A stretch of 63,764 nt of DNA, filler included, from Octopus bimaculoides (Eukaryota), in NCBI RefSeq assembly GCF_001194135.2. It is 8 parts of 7 records of this genome, joined end to end, with 100 filler letters (N's around TTAATTAATTAA, not from the genome) between each part and the next. Parts side by side here need not be neighbours in the genome. Positions count along the whole stretch, not along the records: positions 1 to 9,330 come from NC_069004.1; positions 9,431 to 29,429 come from NC_068994.1; 6 more parts are not named here. One strand, given 5' to 3'. Below, one piece after another: positions 1 through 13,110 of this stretch (positions within the stretch are counted from its first letter, which is position 1; every line of letters starts with the position of its first letter). The position numbers and the translations under genes are program-made. The notes below the pieces were generated by a model. The model was not told the origin of the DNA. It was given only the letters and a program-made list of their open reading frames with translations, and ran no database searches.

Positions 1-52
<52 letters not shown>

Positions 53-360
53 CAAAGACAGCTCTGCATGTGTGTGTGACTGAAAGATGCTAGGTTATAA
101 AAACATGTCAAACTGATTGCTGTATAAATGATAAAGCTGTACTGGAGAACTTTCTCAAATAGACTTCCAAGGAATGTATGTATGTACACACAGATGTATA
201 TATACGTATGTGCACACATACGTATATATATGTATGTGCACACATACGTATATATATATGTATGTGCACACACATGTACGCACAAATACATATATACACA
301 CAAACATATACACACACACACATGAATATACACATACATATACAGAGCGTTCATAAATTA
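1..360. repeat. (TA)n plus compound alternating purine-pyrimidine (CA/TA/CG) microsatellite
   Basis: Direct reading; the overlapping YIYI/HTHT ORFs here are translation artefacts. Confidence 0.9.
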
Positions 361-475
361 CGTTGAAAACTTCCACAGTTTATTGTACTGTACCATTTAG
401 ATGTGTTGCATGCAACCGATGGGGCCCACGATGAAGTATTCTGATGTTTCTAATAAAACTTTATTCGTTTGCCTA

Positions 476-725
476 TCATCATCATCATCAACATCATCAT
501 TTAACGTCTGCTTTCCATGCTGGCATGGGTTACATGATTTGACCAGAACTGGTAAACCAGAGAGTTGCACCAGGTTCCAGTCTGATTAGGAAAGGTTTCT
601 ACAGCCAGATGCCCTTCCTAATGCCAACCACTCCAAGAGTGTAACATGCTTTTTATGTGCCACTGGCATGGGTTCCATTTACATGGCACTGGTTATTGGC
701 ATGACTACGATTCCACAGGTGCCAT
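476..725 (-). mobile_element. RTE-type LINE 3' UTR/tail fragment with (GAT)n tail
   Basis: catcatcatttaacgtctgctttccatgctggcatgggt...gatgcccttcctaatgccaaccact matches the terminus of the ORF2-bearing copy at 10045-10870. Confidence 0.75.
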
Positions 726-2629
726 TAAACTCACCTTATCCTTATTTTCCATTTCCTTTTTCTGAATATTTCAAATTGTAAAGCGAGTCCGAGCAGTTGC
801 GAGTGAGTGTGAGCTGATGTGCATGAAAGTATAACCTGAGGGAGATTTGTTTGTTATTTCTGGCAGACTGAGTGGCCATGTGGAAGCCACAACGGATGGC
901 TAATGTGACACAGTTATAATGACAGCAGTTTGAAGCTTCTGCAAAGATCTGCTTCACAAAATGGGTTCATGAAAAAAAAATAGAAAGATCATCATCACTA
1001 TCTTCATCATTAACTTCATCGTTATCATTATCATGTAACTGTGACCTGGGACAGAAGTGAAACGAGGATATAAAAACAACAAAATGTATTCATGTCAAGT
1101 GTGTTGTTGCTGTTGTTCGTAATATTGCACTCTACACTCTCATAGCTTTTGACTAACCAGAAGAGCTTGAAAAGGTCAGAGTGTGTGAACGAGAGAGAGA
1201 AAATGCATGCTGGATGTTGCTTGAAGCTTAAATAACATGAAATTGCTGTTATAGCTTGCATCAGTGCAAGCATAACTGAGCCATGATAAGTTATGTTTGT
1301 AAAAAGTAGGTTTGCAACAGGGGAAATTATTTCATCCACACACACACACACACACGAGATGTAAAAATTTACATAGAAAGAGAGAAACAGACAGAGACAA
1401 ACAAGTTAGACATACTTAGACAAGCTAGAAAAATAGACAGAGAGGCAAGCCAGACAGACAGACAGACAAGCCAGACAGGCAGAGATGGACGAGCCAGATG
1501 ATTCTAGTTTTAAAATTTTGTGCTTAACACTGTTGGGATACATGAGAAAGATTTGCTTGCTATTTCTAGCACTGTGAGGTTGTACATTTGCAATCGGGTG
1601 AGTTGAAAAACTTCAATCAATAGAATTTATTCATGTAATTAGAAGACAAAAACTTTCACAGGAGAAGGGTGTTCAAACTCTTAAAACAAGGGAGGTAACT
1701 ACAATAAGCTCAGATGATGGAAATTTGGGGGCAATACACAGCAGTAGATAGTGAAAACATAAATGTTCCCCTGTTGAATTGTTACAAGTGAGCTTTCTAT
1801 GGAGTCTAGTAATTGGAGAGAGTAGACATAGTTTCGGACTAGAAAGAAAGACCACGTGGTCAAAGTAGAAAAAAGAAAAGATTGAAGAATATCAGTAAAC
1901 TCGCTTTCTGTTGTAAATCGAAGACAATCTCATATGTGGCGATTGTGTTGTCTTAATACTATTAAAGATTAGGTTATGCATCTATCTTCAGGTCGGATGA
2001 TTAAGCTGACCTACGTTCGAGCTGTAACCATCGCAGTCTTATTTTTAATTTTATTTCACAGAAAACATATCCAGAACTATATTTTTGAATGTGTCCTTCC
2101 ATTTTCCTTTTTAAGATAAAGTGTTATTGGAAAAGATTTGGCTACTATTTCTAACAGGCCGAACTTCGAAGAGGCGGGCTACATACATACACACACACAC
2201 ATATATATATTGAGGTCAATTTAATTACAAACAAGTTCTCAAACTTGGCCCATGTGTCGAGATCATTCAGTGACAAAAAAGAAAAAAAATGGTTACGTCA
2301 CAAAACCTTAAGCCACTGTAAATCTTCGTTTGAACCTGTCAGTACACACACATGCATTATATATACACGCGGTCTATTGAAGGAGGTAATTTCAAATGTT
2401 ATAAACATACACGAGATTGATACCCGAGCACTACACTGTTTTTCGAACTGTCTTCGTAGCTTATATATTTTCCCTGCAACATTCTACGTACACATTACAT
2501 ATCTCTCTCTCTCACATACCCGATTTCTCTTTCTCCCCCTCTCTCTCTCTCTCTCACACACACATACACACTATAGATAGATACCTTGAATCTAAATATC
2601 TATATATGGAATTCTTTTANNNNNNNNNN

Positions 2630-3048
2630 TGTCTTTTCCATTCACACCCCCACACACGTGCGCGGGATCGCTGGTACGATTTGGTGGAAAGCCGGGGGAA
2701 AACAAAGGCCAAATAATAAAGGGTGGGAAAAAAAGAAAAAAAGGTGGAGTAGGGGGAAAGCTTCAAAACAACAAAAGTCTGCCTGTTTGATTTGGTGTGG
2801 TTGGTTTTGAAGGTGAGAAACGTCAAACAGAAAAAAATCCAAAAGACTGGCAGCTGGGGCCGAAGGAGGGTAGGTACGAAGGATGTGAGGGAGGGACTGG
2901 AAAATACTTCAGGCCCCAGGATGTTGTTGTAGTTAATGGAGTTAGATGCGGTGGGACGGGAGGAGTTCGGTTGGTTCATCTTAATAACGACTGTCTGTGA
3001 ATAAACAGTCTGCCGAGAGTAAGAGAGTAATGCTGTCTTTGCCGCCAT
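2630..3048 (-). other. CpG-enriched candidate promoter/first-exon region; open frame from ATGGCGGC at 3048
   Basis: About 140 codons open from gtgATGGCGGC (MAAKTALLSYSRQ...) to the gap; locally GC/CpG-richer; no recognisable domain and no clear donor. Confidence 0.3.
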
Positions 3049-3188
3049 CACTAGACTAGACAAGTGTTTGACATTCGTACAACATACATACACACTGATA
3101 TATATATATAAATGCATACACACACATATATATATATATATATACACACATCACGCGCACATAATGCATAAATAAGAAAATGCAACAT

Positions 3189-3241
<53 letters not shown>

Positions 3242-3420
3242 TACATATACACATTTGGGTGTAATGTACACACATGACTTGTATAGTAGTGTATGTCCAC
3301 GAATAAGTTTTGCCTTGCTAGCTTCAATGCAAAACTAAGAAGACAAGCTAAAAGGTACACGTAGCCGTGTTGGGGATATTAAAAAGGGCAACCTTACCAT
3401 ACACACACAAGCAATTTGTA

Positions 3421-3492
<72 letters not shown>

Positions 3493-5622
3493 AGTAATGT
3501 AACAATAATATCAATAATATACCAAAAGTTAGTGCAAACATCTGGCGAAGAACTCAATACGTTGCGTANNNNNNNNNNNNNNNNNNNNNNNNNNNNNNNN
3601 NNNNNNNNNNNNNNNNNNNNNNNNNNNNNNNNNNNNNNNNNNNNNNNNNNNNNNNNNNNNNNNNNNNNNNNNNNNNNNNNNNNNNNNNNNNNNNNNNNNN
3701 NNNNNNNNNNNNNNNNNNNNNNNNNNNNNNNNNNNNNNNNNNNNNNNNNNNNNNNNNNNNNNNNNNNNNNNNNNNNNNNNNNNNNNNNNNNNNNNNNNNN
3801 NNNNNNNNNNNNNNNNNNNNNNNNNNNNNNNNNNNNNNNNNNNNNNNNNNNNNNNNNNNNNNNNNNNNNNNNNNNNNNNNNNNNNNNNNNNNNNNNNNNN
3901 NNNNNNNNNNNNNNNNNNNNNNNNNNNNNNNNNNNNNNNNNNNNNNNNNNNNNNNNNNNNNNNNNNNNNNNNNNNNNNNNNNNNNNNNNNNNNNNNNNNN
4001 NNNNNNNNNNNNNNNNNNNNNNNNNNNNNNNNNNNNNNNNNNNNNNNNNNNNNNNNNNNNNNNNNNNNNNNNNNNNNNNNNNNNNNNNNNNNNNNNNNNN
4101 NNNNNNNNNNNNNNNNNNNNNNNNNNNNNNNNNNNNNNNNNNNNNNNNNNNNNNNNNNNNNNNNNNNNNNNNNNNNNNNNNNNNNNNNNNNNNNNNNNNN
4201 NNNNNNNNNNNNNNNNNNNNNNNNNNNNNNNNNNNNNNNNNNNNNNNNNNNNNNNNNNNNNNNNNNNNNNNNNNNNNNNNNNNNNNNNNNNNNNNNNNNN
4301 NNNNNNNNNNNNNNNNNNNNNNNNNNNNNNNNNNNNNNNNNNNNNNNNNNNNNNNNNNNNNNNNNNNNNNNNNNNNNNNNNNNNNNNNNNNNNNNNNNNN
4401 NNNNNNNNNNNNNNNNNNNNNNNNNNNNNNNNNNNNNNNNNNNNNNNNNNNNNNNNNNNNNNNNNNNNNNNNNNNNNNNNNNNNNNNNNNNNNNNNNNNN
4501 NNNNNNNNNNNNNNNNNNNNNNNNNNNNNNNNNNNNNNNNNNNNNNCGGTTTCCTTTACTCACCCCTTTTTTGATTTCCATAGCCATGAGTATGAGATAT
4601 CGGTCCTAAATACACACAGAGTAGATAGCAAAGGCAACAAACGGCAGCAATTCTAGACAGAGACTTAATCAATATGTCTGATTAGAACTTAGATTCTTCA
4701 CGAAGAAAAAAACAACACAAGTGACGAGACAGACAAACGGCCGTATAAAAGAGAGGGAAAGAAAGAGAGAGAGAGAGAGGAGAAAAAACGAGACCAGACA
4801 GATACATAGAAGCGAAGGGAAGAGGAAATTCCACCTGCCCAGCAAGTATAACAAACAGTAGGAGCTTTGCAGCCGTATTAAGAGTGTAGCAGTAGGTTTG
4901 CAGTGGTAATAGAGGGCAGTTGCTTTGAAAGTAGATTTGAAGAGCAGTAGGGACAGCACCCTCTCTTTCCTTTCTGTGTGAATGATGGCAGGGCAGTTGA
5001 AAACGAAACCAGGTATTCGTTAGTATCGCGGGGTACGTGTTAGCGGGTATCTTGTTGCTGAAAGTAAGGTATCTGTGGTATTAATCTAACTATTTGAATC
5101 TTATGTTTCATAATAATTGCTACTTACAGTAATAATATTTTAGAGAACCCTCACGAAGGACCCATTGTGCATTGTTTAAGGGAACTGGATTGCATTTGTA
5201 GTCTTTGTGTGGTTGTTTAGGATGCAGCATCCCAGGGGTATATACTGTCATGGTGGTAGTGGTATGTGCGAGCACTCGGTGGTGTTGTTATTATGGCCTA
5301 GTGGTGTGTATTGCCATGGTGACGCTTATACTGTAGTAGTTTAGTGGCACTTGCTGTCATTGTGGTGTGTGGCGTATATTTATGCGGTTTGTGGTCTAGG
5401 AGTATAACCTGCCGTGGAGACATGTATCTTTATGCTCTTGTGGTCTCATCATCATCATCGTCGTTGTCATCATCATCATCATCGTCGTCATCATATGTTC
5501 ACTTTTCCATGATTTCGTGGATCAGACGGATGAAATTCGTTGAGGCAGATTTTCTACAGCTGGATGCTCTTCCTTGTCGTCAACCCTGACTTGTTTCCAA
5601 CCAAGACAATATTCTTTCTCGA

Positions 5623-5845
5623 AAGGCGGCGAGCTGGCAGAATCGTTAGCACACCGGGCGAAATGTTTAGCGATAGTTCGTCTGTCTTTACGTTCTGAGT
5701 TCAAATTCCGCCGAGGTCGACTTTGCCTTTCATCCTTTCGGGGTCGATAAATTAAGTATCAGTAGCGTACTGAGGTCGATCTAATCGACTGGCCTCCCTT
5801 CCCCTAAAATTTCGGGCCTTGTGCCTAGAGTAGGAAAGATTATTC
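5623..5845 (+). mobile_element. tRNA-headed SINE family B (Nin/Deu-domain-like), near full length
   Basis: A-box-like tggcagaatcgttag, B-box-like gagttcaaattcc, central gaggtcgactttgcctttcatcctttcggggtcgataaattaagta; tattctttc at 5610-5618 and 5841-5849 as probable TSD. Domain name is from recollection. Confidence 0.75.
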
Positions 5846-5954
5846 TTTCATGACCAGACATGTTTCACGGAAGATTGGAAACAAACAACATCACTTGAGT
5901 GATGAGGACATCCATTTACACCTGCCATGCAATGTCAGGATATGGACACACTCA

Positions 5955-6270
5955 CCCGGACACACATACATACATACATATCGTTTATCTTTTAATTGTT
6001 TCAGTCATGAGACTGTGGCCATGCTGGGGCACCACCTTGAAGAATTTTTAGTTGAAGGAATCAACCCCAGTATTTTTTTAAAAATCCTGGTACTTATTCT
6101 GTTGGTAACTTGTTGAACTGCTAAGTCATGGGGCAGTAAACAAATCAACACTGGTTGGTGGGGGAGAAACACACACACATGATGGGCTTCTTTCAGTTTC
6201 CGTCTATCAAATTCACTCACAAGGCTTTGGTCAGCCTGAAGCTATAGAAGACACTTGCCCAAGGATATGG
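5955..6270 (-). mobile_element. tRNA-derived SINE family C (body and 3' part)
   Basis: Reverse complement of the family seen at 46761-47186 (ccttgggcaagtgtcttct...atggccacagtc...actgaaacaa). Confidence 0.75.
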
Positions 6271-6734
6271 TTGGTTTAAATGCTAAAGGGTTAACGACAC
6301 TAGAATGATGAAAAGCAAAGTTGAAAAACGGGTCTCCATGGGATTCAGTTTTGTCTTGCATTCTTCTAGGATTGGTGAAATAAAGCATTAAGGTTGACGG
6401 TTCCTCTCCTACAAATTTGAGGCCTTGTGCCAATGTCAGAACCAAATACCTCCTCTGGCACTTGTCTGATTATGTTGCTATTTTCGTTCTTACTTTCTTA
6501 TCAATGACATTGTTGTAGGAAATTCTATTTTCGTTTTGGTACCAGTTCAGGAATTTTCAGACATTACAAAATAAGTAAATGAATAAATAAATAATTGATC
6601 TTGTTTTAGGCAGAAGGCCTGAAATTTTGGGGGAGGAAACTAGTTGATTAGACCAACCCCCAATGCGCAACTGGTACTTATTTCATCACTCTGTGAAAAG
6701 ATGAAAGGTGAAGACGATGTTGGTGTCACGTGAT

Positions 6735-6915
6735 CTTTGAAAACAAACACAAAGACACACACACACACGATGGGCTTCTACCTACCAAATTCACTTAACT
6801 CACATTGGTTGACCCAGGGCTATAGTAGAAGATACTTGCCTAAGGTGCCACATAGTGGGACTGAACTCCAAACCATGTGGTTGCAAAGTGAGATTCTTAA
6901 CCACACAGCCATGCA
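6735..6915 (-). mobile_element. SINE family C 5' half
   Basis: Reverse complement of atggctgtgtggttaag...ggagttcagtcccactatgtggcaccttaggcaagt. Confidence 0.7.
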
Positions 6916-7654
6916 ATGCTTCCAGGACCTACACTTACCAAACAGCCATCCACATTAAATTCTTACTGGACTCCTTGTTGCTTAACTTTGGTGATTGAAT
7001 GGAAACGGGTGCTTTCAATGTGGTTTATTTACATGTAATCTATACTTCTGCTGTAGGTTCAATTCTTACCAGAGTCAACATATATTTATTATTTCACCTA
7101 AACAAGCTGTGTGACCAAAGACCAGGTAAAAGAAATTTGCATATATATTTATGTGTAGCCTGTATCTCTTTGCTGTAGGTTCAGAGTCAACATCCAAATA
7201 ACCATATTTATTACTCAACCTAAACCGCCAAATGATCAGTCACCAGGTAAAAGAAATTTGCATTAGTCTTTATCCAGGTATTATTTACCTAAACATCTAC
7301 TTATTTAGCAATTAGTAACCTATTCTAGCCAATCTAGCACTTTATCAGTTTTACCTGCTGAACATAAATAATAATTTCAAACAAACAACTAAAGCAATTC
7401 TTTCTGCTCCAATACACACCTTACATTAAATACTGGGATGGGATGGATGGCTTTTTCTTCAAGTAGAACTGGCCTTTTTTTCTTTTTTGTCACCACTCAA
7501 CCATGAAGTTGAAGTGAAACCTGTTTTGTTAGTGAAACTGGAGCAAAAAGCTACATAAGCTTTGCACATTATCAGGAATTTCTAATTACGAACTGCTTGA
7601 ATCTTCTCAGTTGATTAGTTTTTCTTCTCAAAGTATTATGCATGTATGAAGCTG

Positions 7655-7810
7655 CATGGCTTGGTGGATAAGGTGTTTCTCTCATAATCACAAGATTGCG
7701 GTTTCAGTTCCCAGACACGACGGTGCATTATGCTCTTGAGCAAACCGCTTCATTTTACATTGCTCTAATCCACTTGGCGGGAAATGAGTTACCCGGCAAC
7801 TGTCAGTGTA
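7655..7810 (+). mobile_element. tRNA-derived SINE head, distinct subfamily
   Basis: tggcttggtggataag (A box), ggtttcagttcc (B box), followed by cttgagcaaaccgcttcattttacattgctc. Confidence 0.5.
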
Positions 7811-7874
7811 TTGTCAGCAAACTGGTTGAGGTTTCAAAGCTACGAAAATATTTGTTATTATCATCATTATTATT

Positions 7875-8200
7875 CTGATGTTCTGAGTTCAAATTCTGCC
7901 AAGGTCGACTTTACCTTTCATGTTTTAGGGGTTGATAAAATCAGTACCAGTTGTGTGCTGAGGTAGATATAATCGACTATCCCCCACCACAAAATTTCAG
8001 GCCTTGTGCCTATAGTAGAAAGGGTTATTATTATTATTAGTATTCTGAAATTCTGAGTTCAAATGCTGCTGGGGTTGATGTTGCCTTTCATCCTTTTGGG
8101 GTTGGTAAAATAAGCACTAGTTGTACGCTAGGATCAATGTAATTGACTATCCCCTCCCCTAAAGATTTAGACTTTGAGCCTATAATAGCAAGGATTATTA
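7875..8200 (+). mobile_element. Two head-to-tail 5'-truncated SINE B copies with (TTA)n tails
   Basis: ttctgagttcaaat...gcctttcatcc...gccttgtgcctatagtagaaagggttattatt occurs twice (7875-8040, 8045-8200). Confidence 0.75.
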
Positions 8201-9119
8201 TTATTATTACTAGTACTACTATTAATATACTGGGTCAAGTTGCCAGTAAACCAAAACCCAGTTTTGGTGCCTTCATTACCTCCCCCTCCCACCAGTTATC
8301 TAAAGCTTCTTGAGAGCGTGAATAATAATTTTTATGATTGAAAGGTAAGCAGAAGAAAGACTACAAAATGTCTAACAAACAGCTTGGTAGTTGTCATTGT
8401 TTAGCCTCACATCAGCCCTGATCAAACAGTCAGTGTATTACGTACCTACTCACCTGCCCCTCTCACTACCTTACCTACTTACCTACCCACTGGTTTCTTG
8501 TGTATTGATTATGGCTGCCTTCAACACAACAACAGTGTTACAAGAATGTGTGCTGCCTGGGGTAACCCTTGAGTCTGGTGCCCCACCTCCAGCTCCCAAC
8601 CCTATACAAGCTTATATAGCAGACCCGCTCAACTCCCAAGACTATACAAAAGGCCCAAATGTGCCTACCTCCCTAAGTTATACAGGCTTATACAACAGAC
8701 CAGAAGTGCCCACCTCCTAAGACAATACGGAAAACACAAGGCTATATAGACTATACAGACGACCCAAAAGTGATCACCCCCACTCATCATAAAAGTGTCA
8801 CCCAGAGCAGACCTCCCGCCACTATACTTCTGTTCCCACATGACACTAAGAGATTTGTCTTTTTCTCTGATAACCAAAAACTTTCATTTATTTCGAGGTC
8901 TCCTGATTCCTGGTTTTGCTTTGACATTTGGAATTTCCTTTCCATTCTAGTCTTTCAGAAACTCATCTGAAAGGACCTAGTCACTGGTGCACAGAGATTT
9001 CCGCAGACAAGCAGTCTTCAGGCTTCTGTTACTCTTTATCTGTTCTTGTTTGAGTCATTGAACTGAAGCCATGCTGGAGCACCACTTTGGAAGGTTTTAG
9101 TCAAACCAACTGACCACAG

Positions 9120-9329
9120 TCATCATCATCATCATCATCATCATCGTTTAACGTCCGCTTTCCATGCTAGCATGGGTTGGACGATTTGACTGAGGACTGG
9201 TGAAACCGGATGGCAACACCAGGCTCCAGTCTGATTTGGCAGAGTTTCTACAGCTGGATGCCCTTCCTAACGCCAACCACTCAGAGAGTGTAGTGGGTGC
9301 TTTTACGTGTCACCCGCACGAAAACGGCC
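9120..9329 (-). mobile_element. RTE LINE 3' end running into a gap
   Basis: (cat)n then gtttaacgtccgctttccatgctagcatgggttggacg..., near identical to 10048-10230. Confidence 0.8.
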
Positions 9330-9769
9330 ANNNNNNNNNNNNNNNNNNNNNNNNNNNNNNNNNNNNNNNNNNNNTTAATTAATTAANNNNNNNNNNNNNN
9401 NNNNNNNNNNNNNNNNNNNNNNNNNNNNNNTATAATTAAGGGATCAGCAAATATTTGCTGATCCCTTAATTATATTTATAAATATATATGAGCTTTTAAA
9501 TAAGTTCTCCACCAATAATGGTGCTTTCATACCGATGGGCTTGGTAAAAATTGTTAATTGTTAATTGATTTATTAATTAATAAATTGATAATCCTTTACC
9601 CTTTTAATTTGTAATATATATACTTACATCTACATGTGTATATATATGCATATCAGGGTACAGGACGTAGAACAATGAACTACAGACAACGGAATGAACA
9701 CATAGGAATACGGAAAGCCACTTGGAATATTCCTTCATCCGCTGCCTCTATTCTAACCCGACGTTTCGA

Positions 9770-9800
<31 letters not shown>

Positions 9801-10044
9801 TATATATGCACATATATATATATATATATATATCATATATATATATTATATATATATATATATATACCTATATATATATATATATATATATATATGAAGT
9901 GAAGTATATACACACATATATACATACATACATATATATACATGTATATACATATGTATATTTGCATGTATATCTGTATGCATCTGCATGTATATGTATA
10001 TACATATGTTTGTAAATGTATAAATATATATATATACATATATG

Positions 10045-10870
10045 ATCATCATCATCGTTTAACGTCCGCTTTCCATGCTAGCATGGGTTGGACGATTTGA
10101 CTGAGGACTGGTGAAACCAGATGGCTACACCAGGCTCCAATCTGATTTGGCAGAGTTTCTACAGCTGGATGCCCTTCCTAACGCCAACCACTCAGAGAAT
10201 GTAGTGGTTGCTTTTATGTGTAACCCGCACGAAAGCCAGTCAGGCGGTACTGGCAACGGCCAGGCTCAAAATGGTGTATTTTACATGCCACCCACACAAG
10301 AGCCAGTCCAGGGGCACTGGCAACGATCTCACTCGAAAATCCTTACACATGTCACGGGCACAAGTGCCAGAAAGGCGACGCTGGGCACAGGTGCCATCCC
10401 GATTTCGCTTGCCTCAATAAGTCTTCGCAAGCTGAGTTTCGTGTCCAATGAAGGAGACGACGTTAGCATGAGTGCCAGTCATCGAATTAAGTTCGGTTTC
10501 AATTTCACTTGCCTCAAAAAGTCTTCGCAAGCAGAGTTTAGTGTCCAATGTAGGAAAGGTATGCATAAGTTGGCTGGATACACTCCTGGCAGAGGCCTTG
10601 GATTTAGGTCTCACTTGGCTTGCCGGGTCTTCTTGCGCACAGCATATTTCCAAAGGTCTGAGTCAGAAGTCATCGCCTCGGTGAGGCCCAATGTATGAAG
10701 GTCTTGCCTCACCACCTCAGCCCAGGTCTTCCTGAGCCTACCTCTTCCACGGGTTCCCTCAACTGTTAGGGTGTGGCACTTTTTCACGCAGCTATCCTCG
10801 TCCATTCTCACCACATGTCCATACCAGCGCAATCATCTCTCTTGAAAACACCACAACTGATGCTTCTTAT
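10045..10870 (-). mobile_element. 5'-truncated RTE-clade LINE (ORF2 C-terminus, 3' UTR, (GAT)n tail)
   Basis: RWYGHVVRM...EGTRGRGRLRKTW...DLWKYAVRKKTRQAK* is a typical RTE ORF2 C-terminus. Confidence 0.85.
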
Positions 10871-11138
10871 GGTGTGCAAGAGAGACGATTGCGCTGGTAT
10901 GGACATGTGGTGAGAATAATGAACGAGGGAAATGGAACATGGACTTCACGAGAACCTTTATAGCCAACAGCCTACTGGCAGCAACAACATGCCGATGAAA
11001 CTAAGCATATTTAGCAAGGCATCTTTAAAACAAGACACTTGATGAGATGCATCTGCACTGGAGGCTGCAACACAACCAGTTGTACAGTATCCTTTTCACC
11101 TGGGACTGGTGCAAGATGAATTGAAACAATCATTGTGA

Positions 11139-11196
<58 letters not shown>

Positions 11197-12894
11197 GTAT
11201 AAAATAGTATAGTATAAAAATATATAAAAGTGAAGTATAAAATAGTTAGAAAATATATAGAAATGAAGATTCAAACAAAATCAAAGGTGGAAATTTTATA
11301 TATCATTTAAATGTCAAAGCAACTTCTGAATGCCTCTTCATAGGTTGGAGATAATCTCTTGCTAAAGGAAGTCTGAAACATGGTTACCATTTGAAGTGTT
11401 TCTCACCACATATACACACAACCAATGTTTTCAACTTCTCCTTTAGAATCTCCCTTAAACTCTATGTTTTGTAGTTAATAACTTCAAGGGATGTGTTCCT
11501 GCAGGATGACCTTTTGATATTCTAAAGGAAAATACAAATCTATGTAAGGGAAGACCAATTTTCCCTTACCTAGAGCATGAAAAATTTATAGGATTTTCAG
11601 AAAGAGAAAAATATTAGTTTATGATAAATATTATATCTACATTGATAAATATGGGGCACAACTCCAAACATGTTTCACTTTTACTTGTAGCTCTTCAGAC
11701 TTACAATTACTCAAATATTAGCAAGAAGTGCATAATTTTTGTTGGCATAGAATAAAAGGATTAATGAGAACCTCAATTATTCTGCTATTGTCCTCTTGAT
11801 AATTAATAATGAAGTGAAAATATTATTCATTTTTAGAATATTAAAAGCTAAAAATTAGTTCAGAAATGCAATAAAAAAATAGTAATATCTGCCATCAAGT
11901 AATATAATTTGTTTGTCTGCGGCTTATGGAAGTAAAGTTTGGATGGTTAATGTTTAAACCATGAAGTATACATTTACATACATAATAGAAATGGCAGAAC
12001 ACTGTTTTATGGATCAGGGATCTGTATTTTAGGGACAGAAGCTGACCTCAAAGAATTCTAGATCTTTAAATAAATTCTGTTGGTCATAAAATAAACAATG
12101 GTCTATTCAACGAAAAATGGAATTTGTTATTTTTATTACTGATTTTGTTGTTGATGCCATAGTTGGGTTTAAATCAAGGTTCACTTGTTTGTTTATCTCA
12201 ACAACCTAGCTGAGAAAAATAAAAGAAATATCACTCCCTCTGCATACATAAATCTTCTCAGGCAAGGGAAATCTGATTTAATAATCAATGCAAATTAAAC
12301 AATTTTAATAAAAATATTTTTATAATTAATTCCTAAAAAATTTCATCTGAAAATATTTAATAATTAAAAAATAATATTTTCATTCATTTTTTTTTTTTTT
12401 TCTATATTGTTTTCTTTCATGGCAGAAAAGATGAGACAGGTTTTGAAATATAACATTTTCATATTGTTTCAGTGAGTGTTTTCATAATTGTCTGGTGTCT
12501 TTTATATTTTTGTAATCCACTCAAGTGTGTAATGTAAGCTGAGACAGCAGAGAAATGTACTTTGTCTAGAAACATGAAACAATGGTTATAGCAAGATTTG
12601 AATTCATAATCATGTGATCTGTAAGTCCTGCATCTTCACAACCACCCCATCACAACTACAACAACAACTCTTGTTGAATTGTTACTATACAATGCAGCTA
12701 ATAGTATATTTTACACTTAAATAAAGATGGAGACTCATATATGCTTATTGTTTCACTGTGAAATTCAGACCCTTGGGAACTTTTCAGTACCTTAGTATGT
12801 GGATTGAACTGATAAGCTTCATTGTTATTTTACAACTTAAAAAGATTAACTTGTTTCTCTCTCAGACTGCCAAATGTAGAAACTGAAAGATAAT

Positions 12895-13110
12895 TATTGA
12901 TTTCAAATTTCGGTACAAGGCTAGCAATTCCAGGCGAGGGGTAAGTTGATTTCATTGACCCCAGTGCTTGACTGATACTTATTTTATCAACTCCAAATGG
13001 ATGAAAGGCAAAGTTGACCTCAGCAGAATTCGAACTCAGAATGTAAAGACAAATGAAATGACACTAAGCATTTTGCCCAGCTAACAATTCTGACAGCTCA
13101 CTGCCTTACA
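12895..13110 (-). mobile_element. SINE B
   Basis: ggatgaaaggcaaagttgacctcagcagaattcgaactcagaatgtaaagac is the reverse complement of the family B core. Confidence 0.75.

Noticed and set aside
3367-4656. Long ORFs of 200-430 aa (also 31525, 35141, 38528, 45311, 50353, 53086)
   Set aside because: Consist of N gaps and microsatellite translations
4960-5021. ATG ATG GCA...CCA G|gtattc as the first exon of the receptor gene
   Set aside because: No signal peptide, and none of the intervening VPS10 exons were found between it and 23351
9375-9386. ttaattaattaa centred in N runs (also ~29474, 33321, 40678, 56288, 60642, 62506)
   Set aside because: Identical 12-mer with stops in all six frames, always inside gaps: a scaffolding spacer, not biology
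9431-9474. Perfect 44-bp palindrome tataattaagggatcagcaaat|atttgctgatcccttaattata
   Set aside because: Begins exactly at a gap edge, so a fold-back library or assembly artefact is likely; needs long reads
9655-9775. GAAACGTC...(C/G)GATGA repeat (related copy at 53205-53320) as a hammerhead
   Set aside because: Motifs are in type II order but stem I cannot form; kept only as an unclassified repeat end
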